From Bythopirellula sp. (GTDB taxonomy: Bacteria; Planctomycetota; Planctomycetia; Pirellulales; Lacipirellulaceae), in the NCBI GenBank assembly GCA_965216565.1, contig OZ244170.1, positions 4,832,001 to 4,896,000 on the forward strand: a stretch of 64,000 nt of DNA, written 5' to 3'. The position numbers were made by a program, and so were the translations under genes. Under the pieces are notes generated by a model. That model saw nothing but the letters and a program-made list of their open reading frames with translations, was not told the DNA's origin and did no database searches. Positions 30,732 to 41,671 of the stretch are shown in pieces. Numbering within the stretch: position 1 is the first letter of the stretch; the number at the start of each line of letters is the position of its first letter.

Positions 30732-32192
30732 TTAACGACTCGAAAGGCGTTCAAACTGGAGTCTTTCGACTGCGACTTTGGCGGCGGGATGCTCCATGAA
30801 TAGCTTCCAGATGAGGCCACTGCGAGCATTTTCGATCGCCAGCAGCATCGGACCTTCGTCAATACTTATGTAGTCGGGTGTACCTTGGTTCTCGGCACGA
30901 TCAAGGTTGAAGCTGTCGAGCAGCCCGTAGCCTCCATCGCTAGGATCACGCCACACTACGTAGTTGCCGTTGGCATCCTTTAGATTCCGGAACTCCCGCA
31001 GAGCCGCTATCGCCTGTTCTGGTATAAACATGATGGCCGACCCGGCAGCATAGGGCGTGACCGTACCGCCGCAAAAATTATCTGTCCCTTCCAAACTGGG
31101 CTTAATGGATTGCACGACGTAGCTCATCTTTCCTTCGGCATTAAGATCCGCAGCGGGACTCATGCCCCAGCGATTTTCTGCGAAGGTTTTGAATTGATCT
31201 ACGGATTCCAAACAACGTTGCCGATGGGTGACCATCGCCCGTCGGGAGTTTTCCCACCAATCGACGCGTGGCTGATTGACTTCAAAGCGCTGTGGTTCGT
31301 CGGCGCCAAAGGCTCCGTAGTCGATCCAACAATGACTAAAGAAGTAAGTGAACGCGGGGCTCGCCCAGGACACAACGAAGGGCTCTAGATTCTTGTGGCG
31401 TTTCACCGTCCGCTTAAGCTTGTAGTACATTTCGGGTGGCACCGCATGTTCCGGATTGGGCGAACCCACCGCAAGAAAATAGACAAGGCGTTCTTCATCG
31501 CTCGCGTTGTACCAAGTCCACGGCCGGAAAGCTCCTTCTGCATTCACATCTCTGCGCATATTCTCAGGACGCCATCCGAATGAAATGTAGTTATCAGGTT
31601 CGGTTTGGAAGACTTTCCAGTTGGCTTCCTCGACCAACTGCTCTGTCAGCTCAGCGGTTTGTCCGCCAAAGTAGCTAGCCACGGTCATTGCACCGGCTTG
31701 CAGAAGCGCATGATCGACGGTGCTGGCTTGCACCTGCATGCCCTCGGCATTGTGCATGCCGCCATTATTGAGATCGACGTAGTGCAGGTAGATTCCAAAC
31801 TTCTTATTGTCCGACCTGGGTACAATGGCTTGCAGAATCTCTTCGGCCCGTTGCCGCCCTAGTTCGCGACTAATCCACCCACGTTCGACGCCTATCGGAA
31901 TCGCAGAGAGTTGAAAACCAACACCAGCTAGGCTCGAAACACGATCGTCAGTTAGACGATCCATCACAAGTGGAACGGGTGAGCCCACTTCTTCCCAGAG
32001 AAACTGGAAGCAACCGCGCTGAATTTCATCAAGTAGTTGCTCATCGTCATCACTGAGATCAAGACTTACCGCAGGGGCGTTTGCGGGGCGAAGAATATCA
32101 GGTGCCGGTGACAGTGGTTCCTGAGCAGACAGTCGCATAGCGCTGGCAGCCACGAAAACACCTGCGATTAACACATTCGCCGCAACTTGCAT
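30732..32192 (-). CDS. Secreted glucoamylase-family (GH144-like, probable beta-1,2-glucanase) hydrolase
   Basis: SLAGVGF..AIPIGVERGW, STVDHALL, YGLLDSFN, IDEGPMLLAIEN.RSGLIW. Signal peptide if the start is ATG 32192. Confidence 0.8.
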   Translation of the reverse strand: MQVAANVLIAGVFVAASAMRLSAQEPLSPAPDILRPANAPAVSLDLSDDDEQLLDEIQRGCFQFLWEEVGSPVPLVMDRLTDDRVSSLAGVGFQLSAIPIGVERGWISRELGRQRAEEILQAIVPRSDNKKFGIYLHYVDLNNGGMHNAEGMQVQASTVDHALLQAGAMTVASYFGGQTAELTEQLVEEANWKVFQTEPDNYISFGWRPENMRRDVNAEGAFRPWTWYNASDEERLVYFLAVGSPNPEHAVPPEMYYKLKRTVKRHKNLEPFVVSWASPAFTYFFSHCWIDYGAFGADEPQRFEVNQPRVDWWENSRRAMVTHRQRCLESVDQFKTFAENRWGMSPAADLNAEGKMSYVVQSIKPSLEGTDNFCGGTVTPYAAGSAIMFIPEQAIAALREFRNLKDANGNYVVWRDPSDGGYGLLDSFNLDRAENQGTPDYISIDEGPMLLAIENARSGLIWKLFMEHPAAKVAVERLQFERLSSR

Positions 32193-32305
32193 CGGACCAA
32201 GATCTCCGCTAGGTTGAGCTGGCAGTCGTTGAAAAGTACTGAAAATACAACGCTTAAAAACTGTTCGAAATTTGACAAACACTGCTCACGCAGTCTATTC
32301 TAGAC

Positions 32306-32319
32306 TGAAAGCGCTGTCA
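32306..32319. promoter_or_regulatory. LacI-type operator between the divergent GH144-like and lacI-like genes
   Basis: TGAAAGCGCTGTCA palindrome with central CG, just downstream of TTGACA (32272)...TATTCT (32296). Confidence 0.7.
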
Positions 32320-32365
32320 AAGGTCAGCTCTTGGAAGACTCTGCTCTGTAGCGCTGGGAGGCCTC

Positions 32366-33400
32366 GTGACCGTATCTATCGAAGACGTAGCCAAGAAGGC
32401 TGAAGTTTCCATTAGCACCGTTTCTCGGGTGATCAATCGACGTAACATCGTCAACGAGAAAACGCGCAAACGCGTTGAGAGTGCAATCCAGGAACTTGGT
32501 TATCGGCCCAATGTTTTCGCGCGCGGCTTGATGCTCAAGAAGAGCCATATCTTAGCGCTCGTTTTGCCAGATCTTCACGGTGAATTCTATTCAGAGATTA
32601 TTCGCGGAGCCAACCAACGTGCTCGCGATTTAGGCTATCAGTTGATGATCTCCTCGGTCCCCACTGGCGACGACGGAAACACGGTACTATCTACAGTGGT
32701 TGGCCATAGTTTGGTCGATGGCGTGGCGGTGATGATCTCTGAAGTCGATGCGAAGACACGAGATAAGTTACAGAATATCAAAATCCCGCTCGTCATTATG
32801 GACGGCGATGTTGAGGGGGTGCGCCACGATAGCGTGGTAATCGACCAGCGCGATGGTGCCATCAACATGTTCCGCCATCTCATCTACACAAAGAAGGCGG
32901 AGCACATCGTTTTTGTAGGTGGTTTGCAAACGAATATTGATACGATCGAGCGACTAGCCGCGTTCCGCGACATGATGCAGGAGGCCGACCTACGGGTAAC
33001 TTCCAATGACATCTTCCACCTGGACTACAGCTACGAAACTGCCTATGAGCTTGGCAAAGAGAAAGTGAAACAGTGGGTCGCGACGGGGGCTAGTATTTTC
33101 TCAGCAAACGACGAAATGGCTGCCGGTATTATCGACGCGGCAATCGAGATGGGAATCTCCGTCCCCGATCAATTACCCGTGGTTGGTTTCGACGATACTC
33201 GAATCGCTCAAATGACCAGACCACGTTTGACGACCGTTCGTGTGCCGATGTCGAATATGGGTGCCAGTGCCATAGAACTTCTCTGCCAGCGGCTCGACGA
33301 TCCGGATCGGCCTTCGACTAAACTTACCCTCCAGTCACAGTTGATGATTCGCGAATCTTGTGGGTATGTTGGCGAAAAACCTCCCATCCTAGATTTATGA
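32366..33400 (+). CDS. LacI-family transcriptional regulator
   Basis: IEDVAKKAEVSISTVSRVIN, LGYRPN..ARGL, VVGFDD, LTTVRVP. Confidence 0.96.
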   Translation: MTVSIEDVAKKAEVSISTVSRVINRRNIVNEKTRKRVESAIQELGYRPNVFARGLMLKKSHILALVLPDLHGEFYSEIIRGANQRARDLGYQLMISSVPTGDDGNTVLSTVVGHSLVDGVAVMISEVDAKTRDKLQNIKIPLVIMDGDVEGVRHDSVVIDQRDGAINMFRHLIYTKKAEHIVFVGGLQTNIDTIERLAAFRDMMQEADLRVTSNDIFHLDYSYETAYELGKEKVKQWVATGASIFSANDEMAAGIIDAAIEMGISVPDQLPVVGFDDTRIAQMTRPRLTTVRVPMSNMGASAIELLCQRLDDPDRPSTKLTLQSQLMIRESCGYVGEKPPILDL

Positions 33401-35137
33401 CTCTCCTCGGCGCTCGGTCAGTAGCTGCTCGATCTCTCGACACCTCTCTTCCGTTAAGGGGTAGCGAAGCGTGAGCAGGATGGAAATGCAACTCAGCACG
33501 AGTGGAATTCCGATTTCAACCAATCGCATGCGGAACAGTGTGGTGGGCGCCTGCCGCCGAAGTGGTTGCGAGCGTTCCAAGAGTTCTTCGATTTGTTGAG
33601 TCAACAGTGTGGGCTGGCCGATCAATTGATCCGCTTCTTTTTGCAGCTGTTTGATCTCCGCCAAAAGCTGGTCGCTTGTGCTTTGCAATTGCGTGGAGTG
33701 AGCCGTTAAGCCCAACTCGGTCGGACTTTGACTGCCAAACAAGGTTCGATACTCTTCCAGCTTCGTAGCGGCAAGTAGCAAATGCTCTTGGAGCGATTCG
33801 TTATTCGCAGGGGCAGCATCCCAATCTTCGACTTCCGTAGCCAGCACCTCCAGCTCACCGCGGAACGCATCGATGAGCACATTTTGCTTCTCATCGAAAC
33901 TTGTGTAGACCAACAGCGCACCGGTTACAAAGCTGGCAAACGCGGTTCCCATCTTGATAAACCACCAGAACACCGAGTAGTAGCTGCCTTCGGATCGAGT
34001 GCCTGTGTGTAGTTCGTCTTCGTCGCAAACGTCAGCCACCATCGATGAGCCGAGAGTGAAGAACATCAACATTCCGGAAGAAAGTAGCACCGTAGGAAAC
34101 AGAATTAAATAGGGGAATTCAGGGCTATAGCAGAAGATTTTGGCAATTTGCGCGCAGCACATCAGGAGAATCGCGAGCAGGAGCGTTTTGTTTTTGCCAA
34201 TGCGTCGGCTAATCCAATTGAGTGGGAACACGGCTAGCATGCCTGTCACTGCCCACACTGTTCCTTTGATGCCAAGGAGTTTTCCTGCGTCGCCCGTATC
34301 GCCTTCAAAGATGTAAAAGATGACAATGTAGTTTTCGAAAATGCTGACAAAGTTGAATCCCATCGCCAAGGTGAAGATGATGATCACTAGGCTAAGGAAT
34401 GTCTTGTTCGTGAGGGTGTAGGTTAGATTTTCGCGCAGACTCGATTTTGCTTGCTGTTTGGCGATTTCGAATCCTGGCTCGCGCAGCACTAGGAACCACC
34501 ACCAAACCATGAGTAAGAGCCAGCCGGCAATAAAAAGAGATACGTACCGCATGCCATCGACTAAGTCTCCCCCCGGCCCACGAAACATTTCAAGATCTGA
34601 AAGCGCTATCAGCCAGGGCGTTCCCATCGCAAAGAGATTTCCGAGGAGACTCTTGGCGCTGAACAGAAGGGTTCGCTCGTGGTAGTCGCTAGAGAGTTCC
34701 ATGCCCAGCGCGCCGTGTGGAATCTCGAAAACAGTACACGCCGTGTAGAAGGCCAAGAGTGCTGCCAAAATAAAACTGAGCTGAAACCAGTTGTAGCTCG
34801 ACTCGGTGGCAAAGAATTCTTGGACGCCGTCTCCCCGAGGGATCCACCACATCAGGACGAAAGTAATTGCTACAGTAATGCCGCCGACAAGAATGTAGGG
34901 TCGGCGGCGACCCCATCGCGAACGGGTGTTGTCGGACATCACACCAACAATGGGATCGGAGACCGCATCCCATAGTCTGGGAATTATCATGATCGTCCCC
35001 AGCCAGAAAGCGCTCAGACCGAGAGATATGTTCCCCAGTAGCGCCATAAGTTGGCCGGCCACATTGAAGAGCGCCACCGGAACGATTCCGCCCATGCCGT
35101 AGGCCAACAGTTGGTCCCAAGAAACGCGGTTTTTCAT
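33395..35137 (-). CDS. MFS sugar:cation symporter (GPH family) with a large helical insertion
   Basis: WDAVSDPIVG.MSDNTRSRWGRRRPY, DYHERT, MVADVCDEDEL.TG.R.EG. Confidence 0.9.
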   Translation of the reverse strand: MKNRVSWDQLLAYGMGGIVPVALFNVAGQLMALLGNISLGLSAFWLGTIMIIPRLWDAVSDPIVGVMSDNTRSRWGRRRPYILVGGITVAITFVLMWWIPRGDGVQEFFATESSYNWFQLSFILAALLAFYTACTVFEIPHGALGMELSSDYHERTLLFSAKSLLGNLFAMGTPWLIALSDLEMFRGPGGDLVDGMRYVSLFIAGWLLLMVWWWFLVLREPGFEIAKQQAKSSLRENLTYTLTNKTFLSLVIIIFTLAMGFNFVSIFENYIVIFYIFEGDTGDAGKLLGIKGTVWAVTGMLAVFPLNWISRRIGKNKTLLLAILLMCCAQIAKIFCYSPEFPYLILFPTVLLSSGMLMFFTLGSSMVADVCDEDELHTGTRSEGSYYSVFWWFIKMGTAFASFVTGALLVYTSFDEKQNVLIDAFRGELEVLATEVEDWDAAPANNESLQEHLLLAATKLEEYRTLFGSQSPTELGLTAHSTQLQSTSDQLLAEIKQLQKEADQLIGQPTLLTQQIEELLERSQPLRRQAPTTLFRMRLVEIGIPLVLSCISILLTLRYPLTEERCREIEQLLTERRGES

Positions 35138-35494
35138 ATTTTATCCGCCAGGCCTAAGATGCTCACCAGTCTCCCCTGCAGGTCGAATTGATTAGTTGGA
35201 TGCAACGGCCTGTCTTTGTTCGTTTGGCCACCAAATCCGACTTCATCAATTCTTCAGCTGCAAGATACTTGATAAGTTGGGTCCTGCAAAATGGAAGTTT
35301 CCTATTCAGAATTCGATCGCTTCAATTGTCTGACCAGCATATCATCGCCCAGTTCGTCCCCTGTTTCACGGGAATTCCTTGTCGGAGTCGCAGGTCCGAC
35401 CGATTCGGACAAGAATGTGTAAATACTTGCAAATAAGCCTCTTTCTGGCCACACTACTAATAGGAATTTACTTTCAGGAAAGTCTTTTCAACAT

Positions 35495-38400
35495 ATGGCA
35501 TCCCCCCTACTTCGCACAGAATCAGTTCCTGCAGCGACCTATTCGCGCAGTTCTCTCGCAGCTCGCCAACCTCAGATCTGCCTCTTAGGTGATCAGAAGT
35601 TGTCGACGATGGTGACGGCTGCCGGTTCGGGGTACGTGCGATGTTGCGCTCACGCTGTTACTCGATGGGCCGCCGATCGCACGCGCGATGCCGATGGTTA
35701 TTTTTTGTATCTTCGCGATTTAGAAAGCAAAGACTTTTGGTCCGCTGGATTTCAACCCACCTTGGCGGAACCCTCCGAGTACGAGGCAAGTTTTTATCCG
35801 GGCGTGGTGGAAATCATCCGGGTCGACCATGGCGTTCGGTCGCAATTGGAGATTTGTTGCGACCCTGAATTCAGTGTCGACATCAGGCGATACACAATCA
35901 CAAACACAAGCGATCGCACGCGCACGATTGAAATCACTAGCTACGCGGAGGTCGTTCTGCAGCCAGCCGCGATGGACGCCGCGCACCCGGCCTTCTCCAA
36001 ACTGTTCTTGCAAACGCAATTCGACAAACAATCGCAATCGCTCGTCACGGGAAGGCGAAAAAGAAGTTCAGAGGACGAAACCTTCTTCGCTTGCCACTTC
36101 CTCACTAGCAGCGACGGCGCAGGCCCCGATGAATACGAAAGTGATCGCTGTCGATTCATAGGTCGTCGTCAGAGTCTGGTCGCCCCTCAAGCTCTGTCCT
36201 CTTCCGAGGCTCTTTCGGGAACAACCGGCAGCGTGCTAGATCCAATTGCCAGCTTGCGGAAAACTTTTATTTTGCCTCCGAATGCAAGCGCTTGCGTAAC
36301 TTTTTTCTTAGGGGTTTCTGACTCTGCCGAGTTCCAGCCACTCATTGCTAAGTACAGAGACTCCAGCGAGATCGATGCCGCGTTTACCACCTCCCGCCGC
36401 ATAGCTACCGAACAGCTCGAGCAGCAGGGTTTGCATATTCCCGAGTACCTCGAGGCCTTGCGGCTTGGCTCCACAGTGCTTTATGGCAACTGCGAAGGTA
36501 CCCCGGAGGCAGGTCGTCCTAAGATCACTACCGATTTGAATGGGAGCTTGCCAGCGAATATTTCCCCAAGTACGCCGCTCGTAGTCCAAAACGTAGAGAG
36601 CGGAGGCGATCTTGCCTTGGCTAGCAAACTCCTTGGATCGGCAGCCTACCTCGAGCCATACGGACTCGACATGCGAGTCGTATTGCTCAACCACTCGGCC
36701 TTCCGCGATGAGTTAGAAAACCTCATTGCCGAATCCGGGCTCAAAGATAGAGAGACGCAAATCGCAAGCTTGAATTCAATTGACCTGAGCAATGAGCAAC
36801 TGGCTTGGCTGCAGCGTCGAAATGTGTTTCGCTGCAGCGATGCAGAGGTCGATGTGCCGAGGAATGAACCTGAACAAAACGTTTCGCTCTATCGCGTGAC
36901 AGACTCTCAGCCAGAAGTGTGCAACGGTCACATTGAGAAGCTGAAGCTGGCGAATGGACAAGGCGGTTTTTCGACTGATGGTACGGAATACGTTATTCAC
37001 GTTCGACCAGGGGAAGGCAAAGTACCTCCTTTGCCCTGGGCCAATGTGATTGCCAATCCATCCGTGGGGCTCATCGTTACCGAGTCCGGCGCGGGTTACA
37101 CCTGGGTTGGCAATAGTCGTGAAAACCGACTGACTCCATGGTACAACGATCCAGTTACCGATGTGCACAGCGACGCGGTGCTGATTCGTGACGAAAACTC
37201 CGGGGCTTACTGGTCTCCTACCCCAGGTCCATGTGGCGATCATGGGAATTATGAAGTTCGTCACGGCTTTGGTTACACAACGTTTTCACACACCAGCCAC
37301 GAGTTGCAGCAAGAGACGGTGAAATTTGTTCCGCCGGACGCCCCTCTGGCTATTACGAGAGTCACACTCAGAAACACAAGTGACCATCCGCGCAGGATTA
37401 GTCTTTTCAATTACTTGACTTGGGATTTGGGGTCGGGACAGCCGCGGCACTTGCAGAACGTGGAGACGAAGATCGATCGAGAGCGGCGGACAGTATTCGC
37501 CACGAGCCAATTACCCGGAAGCTTTTCCGGTCATGTGGCTTTCGCTACGCTCGTCATCAATGCCGTGGGAGATAGAGTCTCGCTGACGGCAGATCGAACG
37601 GAATTCATCGGACGAAACGGCCACCTGGCTTCGCCGCAGGCATTGCTGCAAGGCAAGTCACTGAGCTTTCGTGAAGGTAGCGGCCTCGATCCCTGCGCTG
37701 CCTCTCAAGCTTATGTGGACTTGGCACCTGGCGAAACTCTGGGATTCGCAGTTCTCGTAGGTCAAACCGAAACCGCTGAAAAGGCAGCGGAACTCATCGA
37801 CAATTATTCTTGTCTTGAAAAAATCGATCAGAGCCTCGAATCCGCCAAAGACAAGTGGCAACGATTGGTAGCGCGGGTCAAGGTGAGCACCCCGGTGCCT
37901 GAATTGGATGTGATGGTCAATGGCTGGCTAGCCTATCAGAATTTATCGTGCCGCATGTGGGGCAGGTCGGCCTACTATCAAGCCGGCGGTGCGTTTGGGT
38001 TCCGCGATCAGCTGCAGGACTCCTCGGCACTACTGTATCACGATCCAGAAATCACACGCCGTCAGATCTTGCTGCATGCCTCGCATCAGTTTCAGGAAGG
38101 CGACGTTCTGCACTGGTGGCATCCACCAGAAAGCTGTGGCATACGCACAGAATTCTCTGACGATCTAATCTGGCTGCCGCTGATCGCTGCGGAATATGTT
38201 GAAGCAACGGGCGACACGGCGCTCTGGAACGAAGAGTGCCGATTTCTTAAATCAGAACCAGTGCCCGACGGTGAGCCGGAACTGTTTGTTCGTCCGGAGG
38301 ACTCTGGCGAGTTGGGAACTGTTTACGAACATTGTTGCCGCGCACTCGATCGATCGTTAACTACGGGCGAACACGGTCTGCCTTTGATCGGATGCGGCGA

Positions 38401-39379
38401 CTGGAATGATGGCATGAATCGAGTCGGCCAAGCTGGCTTCGGCGAAAGCGTCTGGCTAGGGTTCTTTCTCGACTGCGCAATCACTGGCATTCTGCCAGTC
38501 TGTGAGAAATTCGAGGATCAAGAGAGAGTTGCCAAATACACCCAGTACCGAACCGATTTGCGTGTCGCGTTAAACGATACTGGTTGGGATGGCCAATGGT
38601 ACCGTCGAGCTTATTTTGACGATGGAACTCCTTTGGGAACAGTTGATGCGGGCGAATGCCGGATCGATGCGCTGGTGCAAGCTTGGGCAATTCTGTCGGG
38701 CGTTGCTCCCCGAGAGCGGGCAGAAAGTGCGCTAGCCGCTGCCGAGAAGTTTCTGATTGATGAAGAAGTCGGCATGATTCGCCTGCTGACGCCAGCGTTC
38801 GACAGAATGGCATGTGATCCTGGTTACATCAAAGGATATCTGCCGGGTGTTCGTGAGAACGGTGGGCAATACACCCACGGTGTTCTGTGGCTTATCAAAG
38901 CGATTGCCAAGATGGGTCGTGGCTCCCAAGCCACGCGACTGCTTGCGATGCTGTCTCCCGCAAGCCGAACAAATTCTGCGGAAAAAGTAACTGTCTTCAA
39001 GACCGAACCTTACGCAGTCGCGGCAGATGTCTATGGAGTTCCGCCACATCAGGGACGTGGCGGATGGTCGTGGTATACTGGCTCGGCGGGATGGATGTTC
39101 CGAATCGCCTGGGAATCGATCTTTGGCATTACGTTAAAGCAAGGAAAATCCCTGGCAATTGATCCGAGAATTGACTCGCAGTGGACTGAATTCTCGATCG
39201 AGTATTCGCTGCCGGGCAGCAAGACTCGATATGAGATCCACGTATTAAATCCGCAGGGCAAAGAGAGTGGCGTGACATCTGCAACTCTCGACGGACAGAC
39301 TTGCCCGATCGAGGACGGCGGGGCACTTATTCCGATCGTGGACGATCAACAATCGCACACGGTTGTGGTGACTCTTTAG
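35495..39379 (+). CDS. GH94 glycoside phosphorylase with tandem N-terminal domains (1,2-beta-oligoglucan phosphorylase / Cgs C-terminal type)
   Basis: HPAFSKLF, NSRENRLTPW.NDP, YQAGGAFGFRDQLQD, GDWNDGMN, RENGGQYTH, WYTGSAGW. Confidence 0.93.
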   Translation: MASPLLRTESVPAATYSRSSLAARQPQICLLGDQKLSTMVTAAGSGYVRCCAHAVTRWAADRTRDADGYFLYLRDLESKDFWSAGFQPTLAEPSEYEASFYPGVVEIIRVDHGVRSQLEICCDPEFSVDIRRYTITNTSDRTRTIEITSYAEVVLQPAAMDAAHPAFSKLFLQTQFDKQSQSLVTGRRKRSSEDETFFACHFLTSSDGAGPDEYESDRCRFIGRRQSLVAPQALSSSEALSGTTGSVLDPIASLRKTFILPPNASACVTFFLGVSDSAEFQPLIAKYRDSSEIDAAFTTSRRIATEQLEQQGLHIPEYLEALRLGSTVLYGNCEGTPEAGRPKITTDLNGSLPANISPSTPLVVQNVESGGDLALASKLLGSAAYLEPYGLDMRVVLLNHSAFRDELENLIAESGLKDRETQIASLNSIDLSNEQLAWLQRRNVFRCSDAEVDVPRNEPEQNVSLYRVTDSQPEVCNGHIEKLKLANGQGGFSTDGTEYVIHVRPGEGKVPPLPWANVIANPSVGLIVTESGAGYTWVGNSRENRLTPWYNDPVTDVHSDAVLIRDENSGAYWSPTPGPCGDHGNYEVRHGFGYTTFSHTSHELQQETVKFVPPDAPLAITRVTLRNTSDHPRRISLFNYLTWDLGSGQPRHLQNVETKIDRERRTVFATSQLPGSFSGHVAFATLVINAVGDRVSLTADRTEFIGRNGHLASPQALLQGKSLSFREGSGLDPCAASQAYVDLAPGETLGFAVLVGQTETAEKAAELIDNYSCLEKIDQSLESAKDKWQRLVARVKVSTPVPELDVMVNGWLAYQNLSCRMWGRSAYYQAGGAFGFRDQLQDSSALLYHDPEITRRQILLHASHQFQEGDVLHWWHPPESCGIRTEFSDDLIWLPLIAAEYVEATGDTALWNEECRFLKSEPVPDGEPELFVRPEDSGELGTVYEHCCRALDRSLTTGEHGLPLIGCGDWNDGMNRVGQAGFGESVWLGFFLDCAITGILPVCEKFEDQERVAKYTQYRTDLRVALNDTGWDGQWYRRAYFDDGTPLGTVDAGECRIDALVQAWAILSGVAPRERAESALAAAEKFLIDEEVGMIRLLTPAFDRMACDPGYIKGYLPGVRENGGQYTHGVLWLIKAIAKMGRGSQATRLLAMLSPASRTNSAEKVTVFKTEPYAVAADVYGVPPHQGRGGWSWYTGSAGWMFRIAWESIFGITLKQGKSLAIDPRIDSQWTEFSIEYSLPGSKTRYEIHVLNPQGKESGVTSATLDGQTCPIEDGGALIPIVDDQQSHTVVVTL

Positions 39380-39441
39380 CTCCGCTTCCAACTTGTGCTC
39401 GGACTATTCACTTTGAGTCGGGAGCAATCGAAATTCCCCCC

Positions 39442-41580
39442 TTGAATCACTACTTTCCGAATCTAACAAGAACAACGCTCCTCAGTTTGGGAGTGTTGGC
39501 TGGCGTATTGCTGTTTGGTTGTTCGGAGGTGAATGGGGGCGATCTATCGCTAGTCTCTGTGCTGGATGGTGAACGGCAAAGCTTGCTCAACAATTGGGGC
39601 GGTGAGCTTAACCAAGCGACTGTCGCTGCATTGGAACTCGATACAAATATCGTCCACAGTGGCCAGGCTTCGTACCGAGCCGACTTGGGGACGCTTAATC
39701 CGGGTGAGTTTAAGTTTTTCCAAACCTTCTCCAGCAAACGCACTTCCAACGAGAGCATTCGACAAACACGAGATCTGACTCGATACGACGGATTGGAAGC
39801 GCAGATTTATAACGACACTGGCTCACCATTCAATCTTAAGCTCGAGATCAAAGACTATCGCAATGACTTGGGTCACCAGGCATTTGTGAACTACGCTATT
39901 CCTGCCACGACTGGGTGGACCAAGATCGATGCCTCTTTGGATCTCTTGCAGCCTGAGTGGAATACGATTGGCAGCCCCGACCTCTCCAGAAGCTACGTCA
40001 CCAGTTTTGTGATTACCCCCAGCGGCGGAACTGTGTCGGGAAATATTTATGTCGATGAGTTTAAGCTCTCCGAACCAGGCGGACCGGTGGACATCGCTTC
40101 GGCGCCTCTTGAGCAACTAGTCGAACGACTCGCTCGCCGGCAATTCCAAGGGCTCTTCGACAGCCGGAATCGCAATTCGAGTTTAATCTACAATTCGAAA
40201 AACGAAGTCGATCGAGCGGCGATGAATACAACCGGCGGTACGCTGTGGATGCTGCCCAAAGCCGTAGAACGCGGGTGGGTCTCGCAGGCGGAGGCCGATG
40301 GTTACGCGACGCAGCTAGTCTCTACGCTGAATGCCAATCTTGATCAAACCAGTTATCTCCCGACACGCTTCCTGGATCCAAGCAATGGAGATTTGCCTGG
40401 GGGTGACAACGAAGAATCGAGCATTGATGCTTCGTTTCTGGCTCTAGCGTTGCACCGTTACAAGTCGGCCCCAGGGACGTCGGTAGCCTTAGGCACCGCA
40501 ATGGACTTGGTTCAGAACCGATTCAATCTCGATGCTTTTACCAATTCAGCCGGGTTCCAACTTGCCTACTTGCCTGCGACTGGTTTTTCCGGCAACACCT
40601 ATAACGGATATACGAATGAGGGAAAAGTCATTTCGCTAGCCGCGGAACTCTCCACAAGCCATCATGTACCACTCGAACAGCATTGGAATGCAGATACCAA
40701 TCGCGCACGGGCATTTCTCGTAGATCCCACCAATGCCCATCTTGTCCACTCGAGTTCTAACTTTCGTGCCCCATTTGAACAAGCACTGCTTAACTTGTTT
40801 GTCGAAACAGCGAATCTGGGCGTCGATAATTTTCCCAACCGCACGCTTGCCACCAATCCGTGGCATAACTATCTGCGGTACGAGCAAGAAGTCTCCGACA
40901 AGCTAGAGCTATTAGGACGCGACCATTTTTTTCAACCCGATGCCGCCAGCGGAGCGCCTTTCTCCTCTTACCAACAATACAGCTTGTACAACGACTTCGG
41001 GCAACCTGACTTGTTCATGCCTTGGAGTACCTCGTTGGCTCTTTTGGCCGGTGCCGAGGGTGCAGAGAGTGCACTTCGCGCGCTGCTCGATGTCGATGGC
41101 ATTGCAGGCCCGCTGGGGCTGGCGGATTCGGTGCGTTGGGATCCGAATGATACGTCGCCCTACTTCATTTCCGACAGCGGAGACAACTGGAATACCGTCC
41201 TGTCCACGATGGCACTGTTGGAGCTACTCGACAATCTACACAGCACTCCCTCGGCCAGCGACCAATTTGCCGCTTTGGGTGAGGTGACTGGTGCGCTGGC
41301 GAATGTGTTTGTCGATGGCGATCTCTCGGGTGACGGAACAACCAATGGGTTGGATCTGCAGATTTGGGAAGCCGGCTACGGTCAGAGTTCAGGGGCAACC
41401 CCTGCAGAGGGGGACGCTGACGGAGATGCGGATGTAGATGGCCTAGACTTCCTCCGCTGGCAAATGGGCTTTCAAAGCGGTAATTCCCCGCTGACCACGG
41501 TTCCGGAGTCTAGCTCAGGAGCCTTGTTTCTGCTTGGGATTTTCTACCTGCTAAAATTCCGAATCAAACTGGAAATTTAG
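39442..41580 (+). CDS. PEP-CTERM surface protein: CBM-like domain, GH144-like (alpha/alpha)6 domain, dockerin-like repeats
   Basis: AVERGWVS and SSIDASFL resemble the GH144-like neighbour; GDLSGDG/GDADGDAD repeats; VPES + TM + basic tail. Start uncertain. Confidence 0.7.
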   Translation: MNHYFPNLTRTTLLSLGVLAGVLLFGCSEVNGGDLSLVSVLDGERQSLLNNWGGELNQATVAALELDTNIVHSGQASYRADLGTLNPGEFKFFQTFSSKRTSNESIRQTRDLTRYDGLEAQIYNDTGSPFNLKLEIKDYRNDLGHQAFVNYAIPATTGWTKIDASLDLLQPEWNTIGSPDLSRSYVTSFVITPSGGTVSGNIYVDEFKLSEPGGPVDIASAPLEQLVERLARRQFQGLFDSRNRNSSLIYNSKNEVDRAAMNTTGGTLWMLPKAVERGWVSQAEADGYATQLVSTLNANLDQTSYLPTRFLDPSNGDLPGGDNEESSIDASFLALALHRYKSAPGTSVALGTAMDLVQNRFNLDAFTNSAGFQLAYLPATGFSGNTYNGYTNEGKVISLAAELSTSHHVPLEQHWNADTNRARAFLVDPTNAHLVHSSSNFRAPFEQALLNLFVETANLGVDNFPNRTLATNPWHNYLRYEQEVSDKLELLGRDHFFQPDAASGAPFSSYQQYSLYNDFGQPDLFMPWSTSLALLAGAEGAESALRALLDVDGIAGPLGLADSVRWDPNDTSPYFISDSGDNWNTVLSTMALLELLDNLHSTPSASDQFAALGEVTGALANVFVDGDLSGDGTTNGLDLQIWEAGYGQSSGATPAEGDADGDADVDGLDFLRWQMGFQSGNSPLTTVPESSSGALFLLGIFYLLKFRIKLEI

Positions 41581-41583
41581 ATA

Positions 41584-41597
41584 TGAAAGCGCTTGCA
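41584..41597. promoter_or_regulatory. LacI-type operator overlapping the -35 region of the DUF1559 gene promoter
   Basis: TGAAAGCGCTTGCA; TTGCAT (41593) and TAGAAT (41615) are 16 nt apart. Confidence 0.72.
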
Positions 41598-41671
41598 TAA
41601 TCTGTGCCCCTGGATAGAATGTGGATAGAGGCACGCGACTACGTGACTATGCGTCTGATTACCGAGGTTCA

